Assembly (NCBI GenBank): GCA_002311645.1
Contig: DBYW01000034.1
Location: forward strand, 43,227-107,226
Reading direction: 5' to 3'
Origin: Bacteroidales bacterium UBA1176
Lineage (GTDB): Bacteria; Bacteroidota; Bacteroidia; Bacteroidales; WCHB1-69
DNA: 64,000 nucleotides
The notes under the pieces were generated by a model. It saw only the letters and a program-made list of their open reading frames with translations, searched no databases and was not told where the DNA came from. Both the position numbers and the translations under genes were made by a program. Of this stretch, positions 35,483 to 45,050 are shown piece by piece (positions within the stretch are counted from its first letter, which is position 1; the number at the start of each line of letters is the position of its first letter).

Positions 35483-37306
35483 CTATTTCACCAGTTCCTT
35501 GAAGGTGGCAGAGTGGCGATATCTCTTAAACTCGGCATCGCGTTTGGCTTTCTTCTTGAGGGAAGGATCCTTCTGGATGGCGACGGCGAGATGGGTGTAG
35601 ACATCGTTCTCGTTCTTAAGGCGGGCGGCGAGCACGGCCTTCAGGTAGGCTGTCTTGGCATCCTCGTTGGTGATGCAGCTCAGCGTGGTTTGTGCGGAAT
35701 TGTAGTCCTTGTTGAGAATCTGCACCAAGGCGGTGTTGTAATCGCAGGTGCGGTTGCCCATCAGTTGTACGGCCTTGTTATAGTCACCATCGAGAATGCT
35801 GTACATACCTAACACGTAGTCTTGGTTGACAGGATCCACGGAGGCGTTCTTGGAGTTCTCGAACTGGGTGCGGGCATCGGCGTAGTTGCCTTGCAGGAAC
35901 TGGGCAAGAGCCAAGTTGTTGAGCACAATACCGTTGTTGGGGCTGATGGCGGCAGCCTTGTTGAGATTGCTGACAGCCTCGTCGATGGCATCAACGTTGC
36001 CGTTCTCATAATAGTCGTTCAGAGCCAGCACGCCAAGGTCGTTGTAGGCTCTCCAGTCGCCTTCGGTGGCGCGGTCATTGACAAGAGCCGTGTAGATTGC
36101 CTTGCGGTCGGCAAGGTTGGTGCAGACGGAGGCAGCATAGAGGCGTTCGTTGACGGAGAATTGCTTGGGGGTGGCGAGCACCTTCTGGATCAGTTCGGCG
36201 TCGGTATAACTCTCGTGCTTCTTGCAGACGAGTTGCATCTCGGCACGGCGCAACGGCGGCAGGATGGCATCCGCGATCTCCGGATAGATGTCCGTCATCT
36301 CACGGATTTTCTGCTCACGCATATCATTGTTGGCCTGTGACTTCACAACATTGAGGATTTGGTTCTTCTGCGCCATGTTGGACTTCTCGATGGCTAACTC
36401 AAAGCCGTCCCAATCCTCGCCCTTGGCGTTGTTGATGTAGTCGAAGGAGGGCATCTTGAGGTCTTTCAACTTTATTTTATTCTTCTTGGCGTAATCCTTC
36501 AGATAGGCGTTGTACTGGTCTTGGAACCATTTCTTGCCCTGCTCGAAACGACGTTCGGAAAGACCCTGGTTGTTGCTCTCCTCACCTTCGGGAGAAGCCC
36601 AGCCGGAGATGACCACGCGGTCGATGAGATTGCCTTGGTTAAGGAAATCAATGAAATTCCGGATGGAGTCCTTAGCGGCTTTGGATTTGTTGTTCGGATT
36701 GTTCCAATTCATATTGGAACTGTTGAGGTCGAAATAGATGATGGCAGTTTTGCCGCTGAATTCCGGGGTGAAGCGGTGGGGCGACTGGATGAAGTTGCCG
36801 CCGTTGGTTTCGGAGGAGATGATGGGTTGCAGCCCGATGCGCGAGGATGTGTTGGAAATGCCCTCGCCAAGGTTCTTCTCAGGCTTCAAATCGGCGGATT
36901 TCTTCTTTTGTTTTGCCACGCCGTTGACCACAACCTCTGCGTTCTCGTAGGATTCGTCGAACTTGAAGGTGCCTGTTTTGGTGAAAGTACCGCCCGTCTT
37001 GTATTTGATGGGAGTGCCTTCGCCCGTGGCCTTCTCGCCCTTGAGGGTTATGGTCGTGAAAGGTTGTTGGTTGACGCCGTCCACCTTAAGGGAGGGGGAA
37101 AGCACCACCGTGGCTTTCTTCTTCATGTATTTCGGAGGGACAGTACCCTTGATGGTGTAGGCCACCTCACCGCCCTTGTTCTCCATGTCGGGGTTGTCGA
37201 GCGTGATGCTGACCTGGGGATATTTAGATACCATTTTGCCCAATCCGCAGCTGACCATTAGCATGCTGGTGAGGATTGTAAGTCCAATTACACAAATTCT
37301 TTTCAT
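35483..37306 (-). CDS. Lipoprotein with OmpA-like peptidoglycan-binding motif and C-terminal TPR-like repeats
   Basis: Lipobox LMVSC. ISGWASPEGEESNNQGLSERRFEQG parallels the OmpA_C motif GHTDxxGxxxYNxxLSxxRA. The C-terminal half is helical and repeat-like. Confidence 0.65.
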   Translation of the reverse strand: MKRICVIGLTILTSMLMVSCGLGKMVSKYPQVSITLDNPDMENKGGEVAYTIKGTVPPKYMKKKATVVLSPSLKVDGVNQQPFTTITLKGEKATGEGTPIKYKTGGTFTKTGTFKFDESYENAEVVVNGVAKQKKKSADLKPEKNLGEGISNTSSRIGLQPIISSETNGGNFIQSPHRFTPEFSGKTAIIYFDLNSSNMNWNNPNNKSKAAKDSIRNFIDFLNQGNLIDRVVISGWASPEGEESNNQGLSERRFEQGKKWFQDQYNAYLKDYAKKNKIKLKDLKMPSFDYINNAKGEDWDGFELAIEKSNMAQKNQILNVVKSQANNDMREQKIREMTDIYPEIADAILPPLRRAEMQLVCKKHESYTDAELIQKVLATPKQFSVNERLYAASVCTNLADRKAIYTALVNDRATEGDWRAYNDLGVLALNDYYENGNVDAIDEAVSNLNKAAAISPNNGIVLNNLALAQFLQGNYADARTQFENSKNASVDPVNQDYVLGMYSILDGDYNKAVQLMGNRTCDYNTALVQILNKDYNSAQTTLSCITNEDAKTAYLKAVLAARLKNENDVYTHLAVAIQKDPSLKKKAKRDAEFKRYRHSATFKELVK

Positions 37307-37470
37307 CGTTAGTGGTTTATTTTGTTGATATTTATGAATTTATTTTCCTCAGAAAAAACGCACAAAAATACACAAAAATTTTTCATCTTCAACATTATAT
37401 TTCCCGATTTGAAAACGATGGGAAAATAAAAAAGGTTACTATTCCTGATTTTCTGTTGTCCAATTCGAAT

Positions 37471-39273
37471 CTATCCGACCATCAAATACAGATCCGGATA
37501 TTGGTGCTGCGACTCTTTTTTGTGCCGGGTGAGCGCAAAGGCGAGCGTCAAGGTGCCGATACGTCCGATGTACATGTCGAAGATAAGTACGGTTTTAGCC
37601 AATGTGTTCCATTCTGCGCAGATGCCAGTGGAGAGACCGCAGGTGGCAAACGCAGAGGTGGTCTCGAAAATGGCGTCTTTGAGCGAGGCCGACGGCTCCA
37701 CCAATGTCAACATAAAGACTGAAACAAGGATAAACGAGAAAGTCATCGTGACGATGGAACTGGCACGATCCACCAAATCGTAAGAGATGGTCTTGTGCTG
37801 GAATTCAATATGTTTCTTGCCTTGAATAGTTGCCCATACCGACTTGATGAGCACGAAAAACGTGGTGGTTTTGATGCCGCCTCCCGTGGAGCTTGGCGAG
37901 CCACCGATGAACATCAAAACGATGATCAAGATAACGGAAGGAAGCGCCATCGAGTTGATATCCAGGATCATAAAGCCAGAAGTGCGACATGTGGCGATTT
38001 CAAAAAATGCCGTGAATATCTTGTCAAACAGGCTCCCTTGGCCGGCAAGGGCATTATTTCGCTCGATAAAGAAAAAGAGTACCGTGCAAACAAAGATCAG
38101 TCCCAATGTCGTAATGAGGATAATTTTGGTCTGGGGCATCAGGCTTTTCCACGGATATTTCTTGCGATCGCGGATATAGCGCGGACTGAAAAAATCGCGG
38201 ATGGTAAGGAATCCGATACCGCCCAAGAAGACCAGAATCATGATGATGACCTGCGGGAAGTAGCTATGGGCACTGCCGAGCTCCAGCAAACTCTTGTCTA
38301 TCAGCACAAATCCCCCATTGTTAAAGGCGGAGATGGTATAGAAAAGCGAGAAGAAGAGGTTTTCACTGGAGGAGGTGAAAAATCCTGTATTTTTCCAATA
38401 TGTATAGAGCAGAATGACGCCTACAGCCTCGATGATGAAGGTAGTGAGCACAATGCTGCGCAACAGGGAGAAGGAATCGGAGAGCTTGGTGGCCATCATG
38501 TCGCGCACCATATACTGGTAGCGCAACCCCACGGAGGATCGAGCAAGGAAAGTTGTGAAGAATGTTGCGAAGGACAAGATGCTCATGCCGCCCAACTGGA
38601 TAAGGAGCATGATAACAATCTGTCCTTTGACGGTGAAACAACCCGAGGTGCTCACCACGGAGAGACCCGTGATGCAGCTGGCACTCGTGGCGGTGAACAG
38701 GGCGTCGATGAAGGAGATGCCGTCGTAGGTCATCCGCGGCATCAACAACAGAACCGTGCCAAAACTGATCAGAATCAGGAAGGAAAGCACCATCAATAGC
38801 GGCGGGCTGAGACTGTATTTGCCTATCGTGCTGCTCATCTTGGCCATCTCGATGAGCACCATTACCAAGAAATAGACCTGGACAAAGAGAATATAATAGT
38901 TTTCGAAATTCTCAGCGGAGACAAAGCGGAAATGGAAAATGACAACAGATAGGAACTGTATGATTAACAAGCATATAACGATAAACTCAAACCACGATCG
39001 CCGGATAAACTCCTTTCGGTGCAGCGAGTAGAACAGCAATATGAAATACTTGCAGATATAAAACAGAAGGCTGCCGTAGGTAATCCATCGGATAAGGTTT
39101 TTGGCATCTATGGAGATGTAAAAACCATGGTAGAAGATGATGCAAGCGATCGTGACCAATGACACTATCACACTGCACACCTGAAGAATACGCCGCACAC
39201 GTCCCTTGTATTGGGCAATGTGCAGGCGTCGCTTGCTTTCATAGACCTTATGGGAATGGCGGAGCCAAGACAT
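37471..39273 (-). CDS. trkH: TrkH/KtrB-family potassium transporter membrane subunit
   Basis: Selectivity-filter-like repeats (SCITGLS, FNNGGF, CRTSGF, TCGLSTG) and GGSPSSTGGGIKTTTF. Confidence 0.9.
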   Translation of the reverse strand: MSWLRHSHKVYESKRRLHIAQYKGRVRRILQVCSVIVSLVTIACIIFYHGFYISIDAKNLIRWITYGSLLFYICKYFILLFYSLHRKEFIRRSWFEFIVICLLIIQFLSVVIFHFRFVSAENFENYYILFVQVYFLVMVLIEMAKMSSTIGKYSLSPPLLMVLSFLILISFGTVLLLMPRMTYDGISFIDALFTATSASCITGLSVVSTSGCFTVKGQIVIMLLIQLGGMSILSFATFFTTFLARSSVGLRYQYMVRDMMATKLSDSFSLLRSIVLTTFIIEAVGVILLYTYWKNTGFFTSSSENLFFSLFYTISAFNNGGFVLIDKSLLELGSAHSYFPQVIIMILVFLGGIGFLTIRDFFSPRYIRDRKKYPWKSLMPQTKIILITTLGLIFVCTVLFFFIERNNALAGQGSLFDKIFTAFFEIATCRTSGFMILDINSMALPSVILIIVLMFIGGSPSSTGGGIKTTTFFVLIKSVWATIQGKKHIEFQHKTISYDLVDRASSIVTMTFSFILVSVFMLTLVEPSASLKDAIFETTSAFATCGLSTGICAEWNTLAKTVLIFDMYIGRIGTLTLAFALTRHKKESQHQYPDLYLMVG

Positions 39274-39968
39274 CAGAGGTTGATCTTGATAAAATTGTCA
39301 ATATCGCGTTCCTTGCCAAAGAGGACGAACACATCGCCGTTTTCGACTTCGGTCTTGTTGTCAGGCACACCAAGTATGTGCTGCTTCGTGTCAAGTTTGT
39401 CGTTGACGACCTCCTCGAAGTTGCGGCGGATAGTGATGAGGCTCAGCTTATGGTTATCGCGGAAGTTGATATCGCCAAGGGTAAGCCCGATAAGACTATT
39501 GGGGGCGATGACCTCCGCAATCTTATAGTCATCGGCGAGTTGGAGGTAGGAAATCATATTGGGATTGGAGAGACGTTCGGCGAGGATGGCGCCGACCTCG
39601 TCCTCTGGGGAAAGGAACTCCGTGATGCCCATTTTCTCGAGAATGGTGCGCTGGCTCTTGCCCATGACGCGGCAGATGATACGCTTGACCCCGAGGTCGA
39701 GCAGATTGGCGGTGCAGAGCAGACGTCCCACAAAATCGTTGCCGATAGAGACAATGACAGCGTCGAAATCCTGGATGTTTTCGTTTTGAAGTGCGCGTTT
39801 GCTGGTCGCATCGGCGCAGACGGCATACGCCACCTCTTCCGACATATCCTGTACGACACTGATGTTGGAGTCCACCACGAGGACCTCGAAGCCCTTTTCG
39901 GAGAGGGCGCGACTGATGGCCTGGCCAAAGTGGCCGGCCCCGATGACCGCAAATTTTTCTTGTGCCAT
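39273..39968 (-). CDS. trkA: TrkA/KtrA potassium uptake regulatory subunit (RCK domain)
   Basis: FAVIGAGHFGQAISRAL Rossmann motif. Its stop overlaps the trkH start (TGATG at 39271-39275). Confidence 0.9.
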   Translation of the reverse strand: MAQEKFAVIGAGHFGQAISRALSEKGFEVLVVDSNISVVQDMSEEVAYAVCADATSKRALQNENIQDFDAVIVSIGNDFVGRLLCTANLLDLGVKRIICRVMGKSQRTILEKMGITEFLSPEDEVGAILAERLSNPNMISYLQLADDYKIAEVIAPNSLIGLTLGDINFRDNHKLSLITIRRNFEEVVNDKLDTKQHILGVPDNKTEVENGDVFVLFGKERDIDNFIKINL

Positions 39969-40019
39969 AGTGCAAAAAATTTCGGCAAAAATACAAAAAA
40001 AACATTCAAATAATTTGTG

Positions 40020-40027
40020 TATGTTTG
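40020..40027 (+). promoter_or_regulatory. -7 box TATGTTTG upstream of purB
   Basis: Matches TAnnTTTG, 20 nt before the ATG at 40048. Confidence 0.4.
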
Positions 40028-40047
40028 CACCTTCAATGTAATATGCT

Positions 40048-41343
40048 ATGATACCACGTTATTCCCGTCCTGAAATGAGCGCCGTCTGGACTGAAGAAAA
40101 CAAGTTCGGGGCCTACTTAAAAGTCGAAATCGAAGCTGCCGCAGCTTGGAGCGAGTTGGGGGTGATACCCGCCGACGATGTCCGCAAGCTGCGCGAGAAG
40201 GCGACCTTCAAAGTGGAGCGCATTTATGAAATCGAGCAGCAAACCCGCCATGACATCGTGGCCTTCACGCGTGCCGTGAGTGAATCATTGGGCGACGAGC
40301 GCAAATGGGTCCACTACGGCTTAACCTCCACCGATGTGGTGGACACCGCCAACGGTTATCTCCTCAAGCAGGCCAACGCCATTCTCCGCCAAGATCTCCT
40401 GCATTTCATGGACATCTTGAAAAAAAGGGCTTACGAATTCAAGGACACGCCCTGCATCGGACGCACGCACGGTGTCCATGCCGACATCACCGTCCTCGGC
40501 CTCAAGTGGGCCTTGTGGTACGAAGAGATGAAGCGCAACCTCAGCCGTTTTGACATGGCCGCTGCCGACGTGGAGTGCGGCAAGATCAGCGGCGCCGTCG
40601 GCAACTTTGCCAACACCCCGCCTTTTGTGCAGGACTACGTCTGCGAGAAATTAGGCATCCATTCCGCCAACATCTCCACCCAAGTGCTGCAGCGCGACCG
40701 CCACGCTCACTACATGGGCACTCTCGCCCTCATTGGCTCCACCATGGAACAGATGGCCATGGAGGTACGCCATTGGCAGCGCACTGAACTGCGCGAAGCC
40801 GAGGAAGCCTTCGGCAAAGGGCAGAAAGGATCCTCCGCCATGCCCCACAAACGCAATCCCATCGGCAGCGAGAACATCTGCGGCTGCGCACGCATCCTCC
40901 GCGGCTACATGCTCTCCGCCTACGAAGATATCCCCCTCTGGCACGAACGCGACATCTCCCACTCCTCCGCCGAACGCATCATGCTTCCCGACGCCACCAT
41001 CCTCCTCGACTACATGCTCAACCGCTTCAGACGCATCCTCGAGAACCTCGTCGTCTTCCCCGACAACATGCTCAAGCACATCTACATGACCCACAAGGTC
41101 ATCTTTGCGCAACGTGTCATGACCGCCCTCATCAACAAGGGCTTTGCGCGCGAGGCCGCCTACGACCTTGTCCAACCCATCGCCATGAAGGCCTGGTTCG
41201 ACGGCGAAGACTACCAGGATCTCCTGCTGCAAAACGAAACCATCCGAGCCAATTTCACGCCGGAAGAACTTGCACAATGCTTCACACTCGAATATTATAT
41301 GAAGGAAGTGCCCACCATCTTTGAAAGGGTGTTTGGAGAGTGA
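40048..41343 (+). CDS. purB: Adenylosuccinate lyase
   Basis: [14 protein letters not shown] and the fumarate-lyase signature [11 protein letters not shown]. Confidence 0.95.
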   Translation: MIPRYSRPEMSAVWTEENKFGAYLKVEIEAAAAWSELGVIPADDVRKLREKATFKVERIYEIEQQTRHDIVAFTRAVSESLGDERKWVHYGLTSTDVVDTANGYLLKQANAILRQDLLHFMDILKKRAYEFKDTPCIGRTHGVHADITVLGLKWALWYEEMKRNLSRFDMAAADVECGKISGAVGNFANTPPFVQDYVCEKLGIHSANISTQVLQRDRHAHYMGTLALIGSTMEQMAMEVRHWQRTELREAEEAFGKGQKGSSAMPHKRNPIGSENICGCARILRGYMLSAYEDIPLWHERDISHSSAERIMLPDATILLDYMLNRFRRILENLVVFPDNMLKHIYMTHKVIFAQRVMTALINKGFAREAAYDLVQPIAMKAWFDGEDYQDLLLQNETIRANFTPEELAQCFTLEYYMKEVPTIFERVFGE

Positions 41344-41358
41344 AATGCGGGTTGAGTT

Positions 41359-41443
41359 ATTAAACTATTAAATTATTAAACTATTAAGAGATTATAGGAG
41401 TGTGGGGCGGGAAATTAAGAAACTAAGAAATTAAAAAACTAAG
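41359..41443 (+). repeat. Two octad repeat arrays in the purB-upp spacer
   Basis: ATTAAACT ATTAAATT ATTAAACT ATTAAGAG ATTATAGG (41359-41398) and AAATTAAG AAACTAAG AAATTAAA AAACTAAG (41412-41443). TAA recurs every 8 nt, so the stops rotate through all three frames. Confidence 0.7.
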
Positions 41444-41446
41444 AGT

Positions 41447-42106
41447 ATGAATAGTAGTTTGAATATCCTTGGCAACCAGAATTCGTTGTTCAACCAGTTT
41501 ATTTCTGAAATCCGCAGCAGCGACGTGCAGATCGACAGCCTGCGTTTCCGCCGCAACTTGGAGCGTATCGGTGAGATTTTCGCTTACGAAATCAGCAAGA
41601 CGCTGCCCTACGAGGAGCGCGAGATCGTCACCCCGTTAGGCATCGCCACCATTCCTACGATGGTCGAATACCCCGTGTTGGCCACCATCCTGCGTGCCGG
41701 ACTTCCCATGCACCAGGGCATGCTCAACTACTTCGACCGTAGCGAGAATGCTTTCATCACCGCATTCCGCAAGTATGAAAAAGACGGCACTTTCGAAATT
41801 GAGGTCGACTACCTCTCCTCCCCGACCATCGACGACAAGACACTGATTTTGGCCGACCCGATGCTGGCCACTGGCCAGTCGATGGTGCTTGCCTACGAGG
41901 AGATGCTCACCAAGGGCGATCCCAGACACACCCATCTTGTCAGCATCATCGCCTCCCGCCAGGGTCTGGATTACCTGCAGTCACATGTTTCCCCCACCAA
42001 CACGACCATCTGGATCGGTGCTGTGGACGAGGAGCTGACCGCCCACTCCTACATCGTGCCCGGCCTCGGCGATGCCGGCGACCTGGCTTACGGCATCAAG
42101 GAATAA
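41447..42106 (+). CDS. upp: Uracil phosphoribosyltransferase
   Basis: PRPP-binding LILADPMLATGQSMV and C-terminal YIVPGLGDAGDLAYG. Confidence 0.93.
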   Translation: MNSSLNILGNQNSLFNQFISEIRSSDVQIDSLRFRRNLERIGEIFAYEISKTLPYEEREIVTPLGIATIPTMVEYPVLATILRAGLPMHQGMLNYFDRSENAFITAFRKYEKDGTFEIEVDYLSSPTIDDKTLILADPMLATGQSMVLAYEEMLTKGDPRHTHLVSIIASRQGLDYLQSHVSPTNTTIWIGAVDEELTAHSYIVPGLGDAGDLAYGIKE

Positions 42107-42141
42107 GGAATGATTTTTGTATTTCTTCTCTGTTATTCATA

Positions 42142-42163
42142 GAGACGGGGCGCGCCCCGTCTC
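42142..42163. repeat. Perfect 22-bp GC palindrome GAGACGGGGCGCGCCCCGTCTC (hairpin, possible terminator)
   Basis: Lies 36 nt after the upp stop with no U-tract. It is related to the hairpin at 43422-43445. Confidence 0.6.
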
Positions 42164-42206
42164 CACATGGCAATTACATTATGTCTGTGCATATTCAAAA
42201 TTTATG

Positions 42207-42214
42207 TACCTTTG
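42207..42214 (+). promoter_or_regulatory. -7 box TACCTTTG upstream of rluB
   Basis: Matches TAnnTTTG, 32 nt before the ATG at 42247. Confidence 0.45.
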
Positions 42215-42246
42215 CCGCCCCTTTCAAAACATAGCATAACTCTTTC

Positions 42247-43398
42247 ATGGAAAGAAAATTCAACAAAGATAGTTTCGACGACGAAAGCCCCCGCAGCAAT
42301 CGTCCCTCCCGTCGTGATGACGACAAAAAGAAACGCTTCAGCGGCAAGCGCGCCGGCGATGGCAAGCCCTTCCGTTCCAAACGCCGCTTTGACGATGACG
42401 AGCAAGACGAGTTCCGCCCCAAGCGCTCCTTCAAGGGCGAACACGAGAAGTCCTTCGGCAAAAAGCACGACAACAACCGCAACGGACGGTCAGAACGCCG
42501 TTTCGACAAACACGGAAAAAATGACGGCAAGCGTCTGCGCCGCCGCGATGTGACCGCCGAGTCGGAAATCCTCACCGAAATCGTCAACCGCCGCAAATTA
42601 GAGGGCCGCCAGGCACCGAAAAAGCAGAAGATCCTCTCGCTTGAGTTTGAGGAACAGCATGGCCCCATCCGCCTCAACAAATACATCGCCAACGCAGGCA
42701 TCTGCTCGCGTCGCGATGCCGACGTGCTCATCGCCTCCGGCGCCATCACCGTCAACGGCGAAGTGGTGACCGAGATGGGGCACAAGGTCATGCCCACCGA
42801 TGAGGTGCGCTACGGCGACAAGGTGCTCCAACGCGAGAAACCCGTCTACGTGCTGCTGAACAAGCCCAAGGACTACATCACCACCACCGACGACGAGCGC
42901 GGACGCGACGATGTCATGCAACTCGTGCGCGACGCCTGCGAGGAACGCATCTATCCCGTGGGACGCCTCGACCGCGACACCACCGGCCTGCTGCTCTTCA
43001 CCAACGACGGCGACCTCACCAAGAAACTCACCCACCCCTCCTCCCAAATCGAGAAGACCTACTACGTCGAACTTGACAAGAATTTCGCCAACATCGACAT
43101 GGCAGCCCTCCGCAACGGTCTCGAACTTAACGACGGCGTCATCATCCCCGACCAAGTGGAATATGTGGATGACTCCCGCCAGCACATCGGCGTCACCATC
43201 CACTCCGGCAAAAACCGCATCGTACGCCGCATGTTCGAATTTCTCGGCTATGAAGTCCTCAAACTCGACCGCGTCGTCTTCGCCGGCCTCACCAAAAAGG
43301 ACTTGCCCCGCGGCAACTGGCGCTACCTGACCAAAAAAGAGGTCGCCTTTTTGAAGATGCTCTCCGCGAACCCTCAAAAAAAAGAACAAGCAGAATAA
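42247..43398 (+). CDS. rluB: 23S rRNA pseudouridine synthase (RluB/RsuA family) with ~125-aa basic N-terminal extension
   Basis: S4 domain IRLNKYIANAGICSRRDADVLI and catalytic motif YPVGRLDRDTTGLLLFTNDG. Confidence 0.88.
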   Translation: MERKFNKDSFDDESPRSNRPSRRDDDKKKRFSGKRAGDGKPFRSKRRFDDDEQDEFRPKRSFKGEHEKSFGKKHDNNRNGRSERRFDKHGKNDGKRLRRRDVTAESEILTEIVNRRKLEGRQAPKKQKILSLEFEEQHGPIRLNKYIANAGICSRRDADVLIASGAITVNGEVVTEMGHKVMPTDEVRYGDKVLQREKPVYVLLNKPKDYITTTDDERGRDDVMQLVRDACEERIYPVGRLDRDTTGLLLFTNDGDLTKKLTHPSSQIEKTYYVELDKNFANIDMAALRNGLELNDGVIIPDQVEYVDDSRQHIGVTIHSGKNRIVRRMFEFLGYEVLKLDRVVFAGLTKKDLPRGNWRYLTKKEVAFLKMLSANPQKKEQAE

Positions 43399-43421
43399 AG
43401 AATTAACATTCCCAATCAAGT

Positions 43422-43445
43422 AGAGACGTGGCGTGCCGCGTCTCT
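43422..43445. repeat. GC hairpin AGAGACGTGGCGTGCCGCGTCTCT, related to 42142-42163
   Basis: Lies 24 nt after the rluB stop. The outer arms AGAGACG/CGTCTCT are shared with the hairpin after upp. Confidence 0.55.
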
Positions 43446-43461
43446 GCATTTCCAATTCCCT

Positions 43462-44712
43462 TTGCCTTCTCCCATGGAAATAATGTCTCCTGCCGGCTCA
43501 TACGAGTCCTTGGTAGCCGCCATCCAGGCGGGTGCCGGGTCCGTCTATTTTGGCGTGGGCGTGCTCAACATGCGCTCCCGGGCGGCGGTAAACTTCACCC
43601 TCGAAGACCTGCCCAAGGTGGCCGCCATCTGCCGCGAACACCACGTCAACAGCTACCTCACCGCCAACACCATCATCTACAACGATGAATTGGAAAAAAT
43701 GCGGACGCTGCTCGACACGGCCAAGACGTGCGACGTCACCGCCATCATCGCCTCGGACATGGCCGTCATCCAATATGCCCGCCAAATCGGATTGGAGGTC
43801 CACATCTCCACACAATGCAACGTCACCAACCTTGAAGCCCTGCGCTATTATGCCCAGTTCGCCGACGTGGTGGTTCTGGGGCGCGAATGTACGCTGCCGC
43901 AGATCAAGGATATCTGCACCGCCATCCGCGAACAAGACATCCGTGGGCCCAAGGGTGAACTCGTCAGGGTCGAGATTTTCGTGCACGGCGCACTCTGCAT
44001 GGCCGTCTCCGGGCAGTGCTACCTCAGCCTCGACAACTACAACTCGCCCGCCAACCGGGGAGCTTGCTACCAGCCTTGCCGCCGTGCCTACACGGTGCGC
44101 GACGTGGATCAGGAAATCGAACTCAAGGTGGAAAACCCCTATATCCTGTCACCCAAGGACCTCTGCACCATAGGCTACCTCGATCTCATCGTGAAGACGG
44201 GTGTGTCCGTGCTCAAAATCGAAGGTCGCGGGCGCGCGCCTGAATACGTGAAGGTCGTGACAGAATGCTACCACGAGGCGGTGCAGGCTATTGAGGAGGG
44301 CACCTATGGCCCGGAAAAAGCGGAAGCGTGGACCGAACGCCTGCGCAGCGTCTATAACCGCGATTTCTGGGGCGGCTACTACTTGGGGCACACCGCCGGC
44401 GAATGGGCCGACCGTTATGGCTCACAAGCTACCCACTACCGTCAGCGTGTTGGCAAAATCACCAATTTCTTCCGAAAACTGTCCGTGGCAGAGGTCACCG
44501 TGGAGGAAGAGAACCTGAACGTGGGTGACCAGATCCTCATCATAGGCCAAACCACCGGCGTTTACGAAGACACCGTGGAGGAAATCCGCGTGGACTACCA
44601 GTCTGCAACCACCGCCGCCAAAGGCGTGGTCTGCTCCATACCGGTCAAGTCGCAGGTGCGCATCGGCGACCAAATCTACAAGTGGGCTGAAAGAGAGTAC
44701 ATAGAGTTATAG
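43462..44712 (+). CDS. Peptidase U32 family protein
   Basis: The U32 signature E-x-F-x-H-G-A-x-C-x4-G-x-C-x-L-S is present as EIFVHGALCMAVSGQCYLS. Confidence 0.88.
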   Translation: MPSPMEIMSPAGSYESLVAAIQAGAGSVYFGVGVLNMRSRAAVNFTLEDLPKVAAICREHHVNSYLTANTIIYNDELEKMRTLLDTAKTCDVTAIIASDMAVIQYARQIGLEVHISTQCNVTNLEALRYYAQFADVVVLGRECTLPQIKDICTAIREQDIRGPKGELVRVEIFVHGALCMAVSGQCYLSLDNYNSPANRGACYQPCRRAYTVRDVDQEIELKVENPYILSPKDLCTIGYLDLIVKTGVSVLKIEGRGRAPEYVKVVTECYHEAVQAIEEGTYGPEKAEAWTERLRSVYNRDFWGGYYLGHTAGEWADRYGSQATHYRQRVGKITNFFRKLSVAEVTVEEENLNVGDQILIIGQTTGVYEDTVEEIRVDYQSATTAAKGVVCSIPVKSQVRIGDQIYKWAEREYIEL

Positions 44713-45050
44713 GCATTTGTCCGCTTCGGCAGAGGCCCTGCAACCACTTAATCGCGGGTGCCACTTGGCATGATGCATTATGTTCGCCCGACGATAAAGG
44801 GATGTACTCGGAGAATAATTTTGCGTGTAACTATTTTTGCACCAGAAAGCGTTTCATTGTCAAAATTTTTTATACTTTTGCATCGCTATAAGCGTGGATT
44901 AGAAGGGATGTCATAAGATTTTACAGTGTTTAAAAAAACGGCAAGAGTATAAGATAAAATTTACATTTCGACCAGATGAGTTTTATTGATTTGACAACAC
45001 GAAACAGTGCAAAAAAAAGCATTGTCTTTCGGCATTGCTTTTTTTCAAGA

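Noticed and set aside
37312-40041. Plus-strand ORFs 37312..37722, 37795..38799 and 39159..40013 overlapping trkH/trkA
   Set aside because: They are antisense to genes with clear TrkH/TrkA motifs. Their translations are compositionally odd and have no family pattern.
45001-45050. Possible hairpin or attenuator in AAAAAAAAGCATTGTCTTTCGGCATTGCTTTTTTT just before the barrel gene start
   Set aside because: On checking, the two GCATTG words are direct rather than inverted repeats, so no stem forms.
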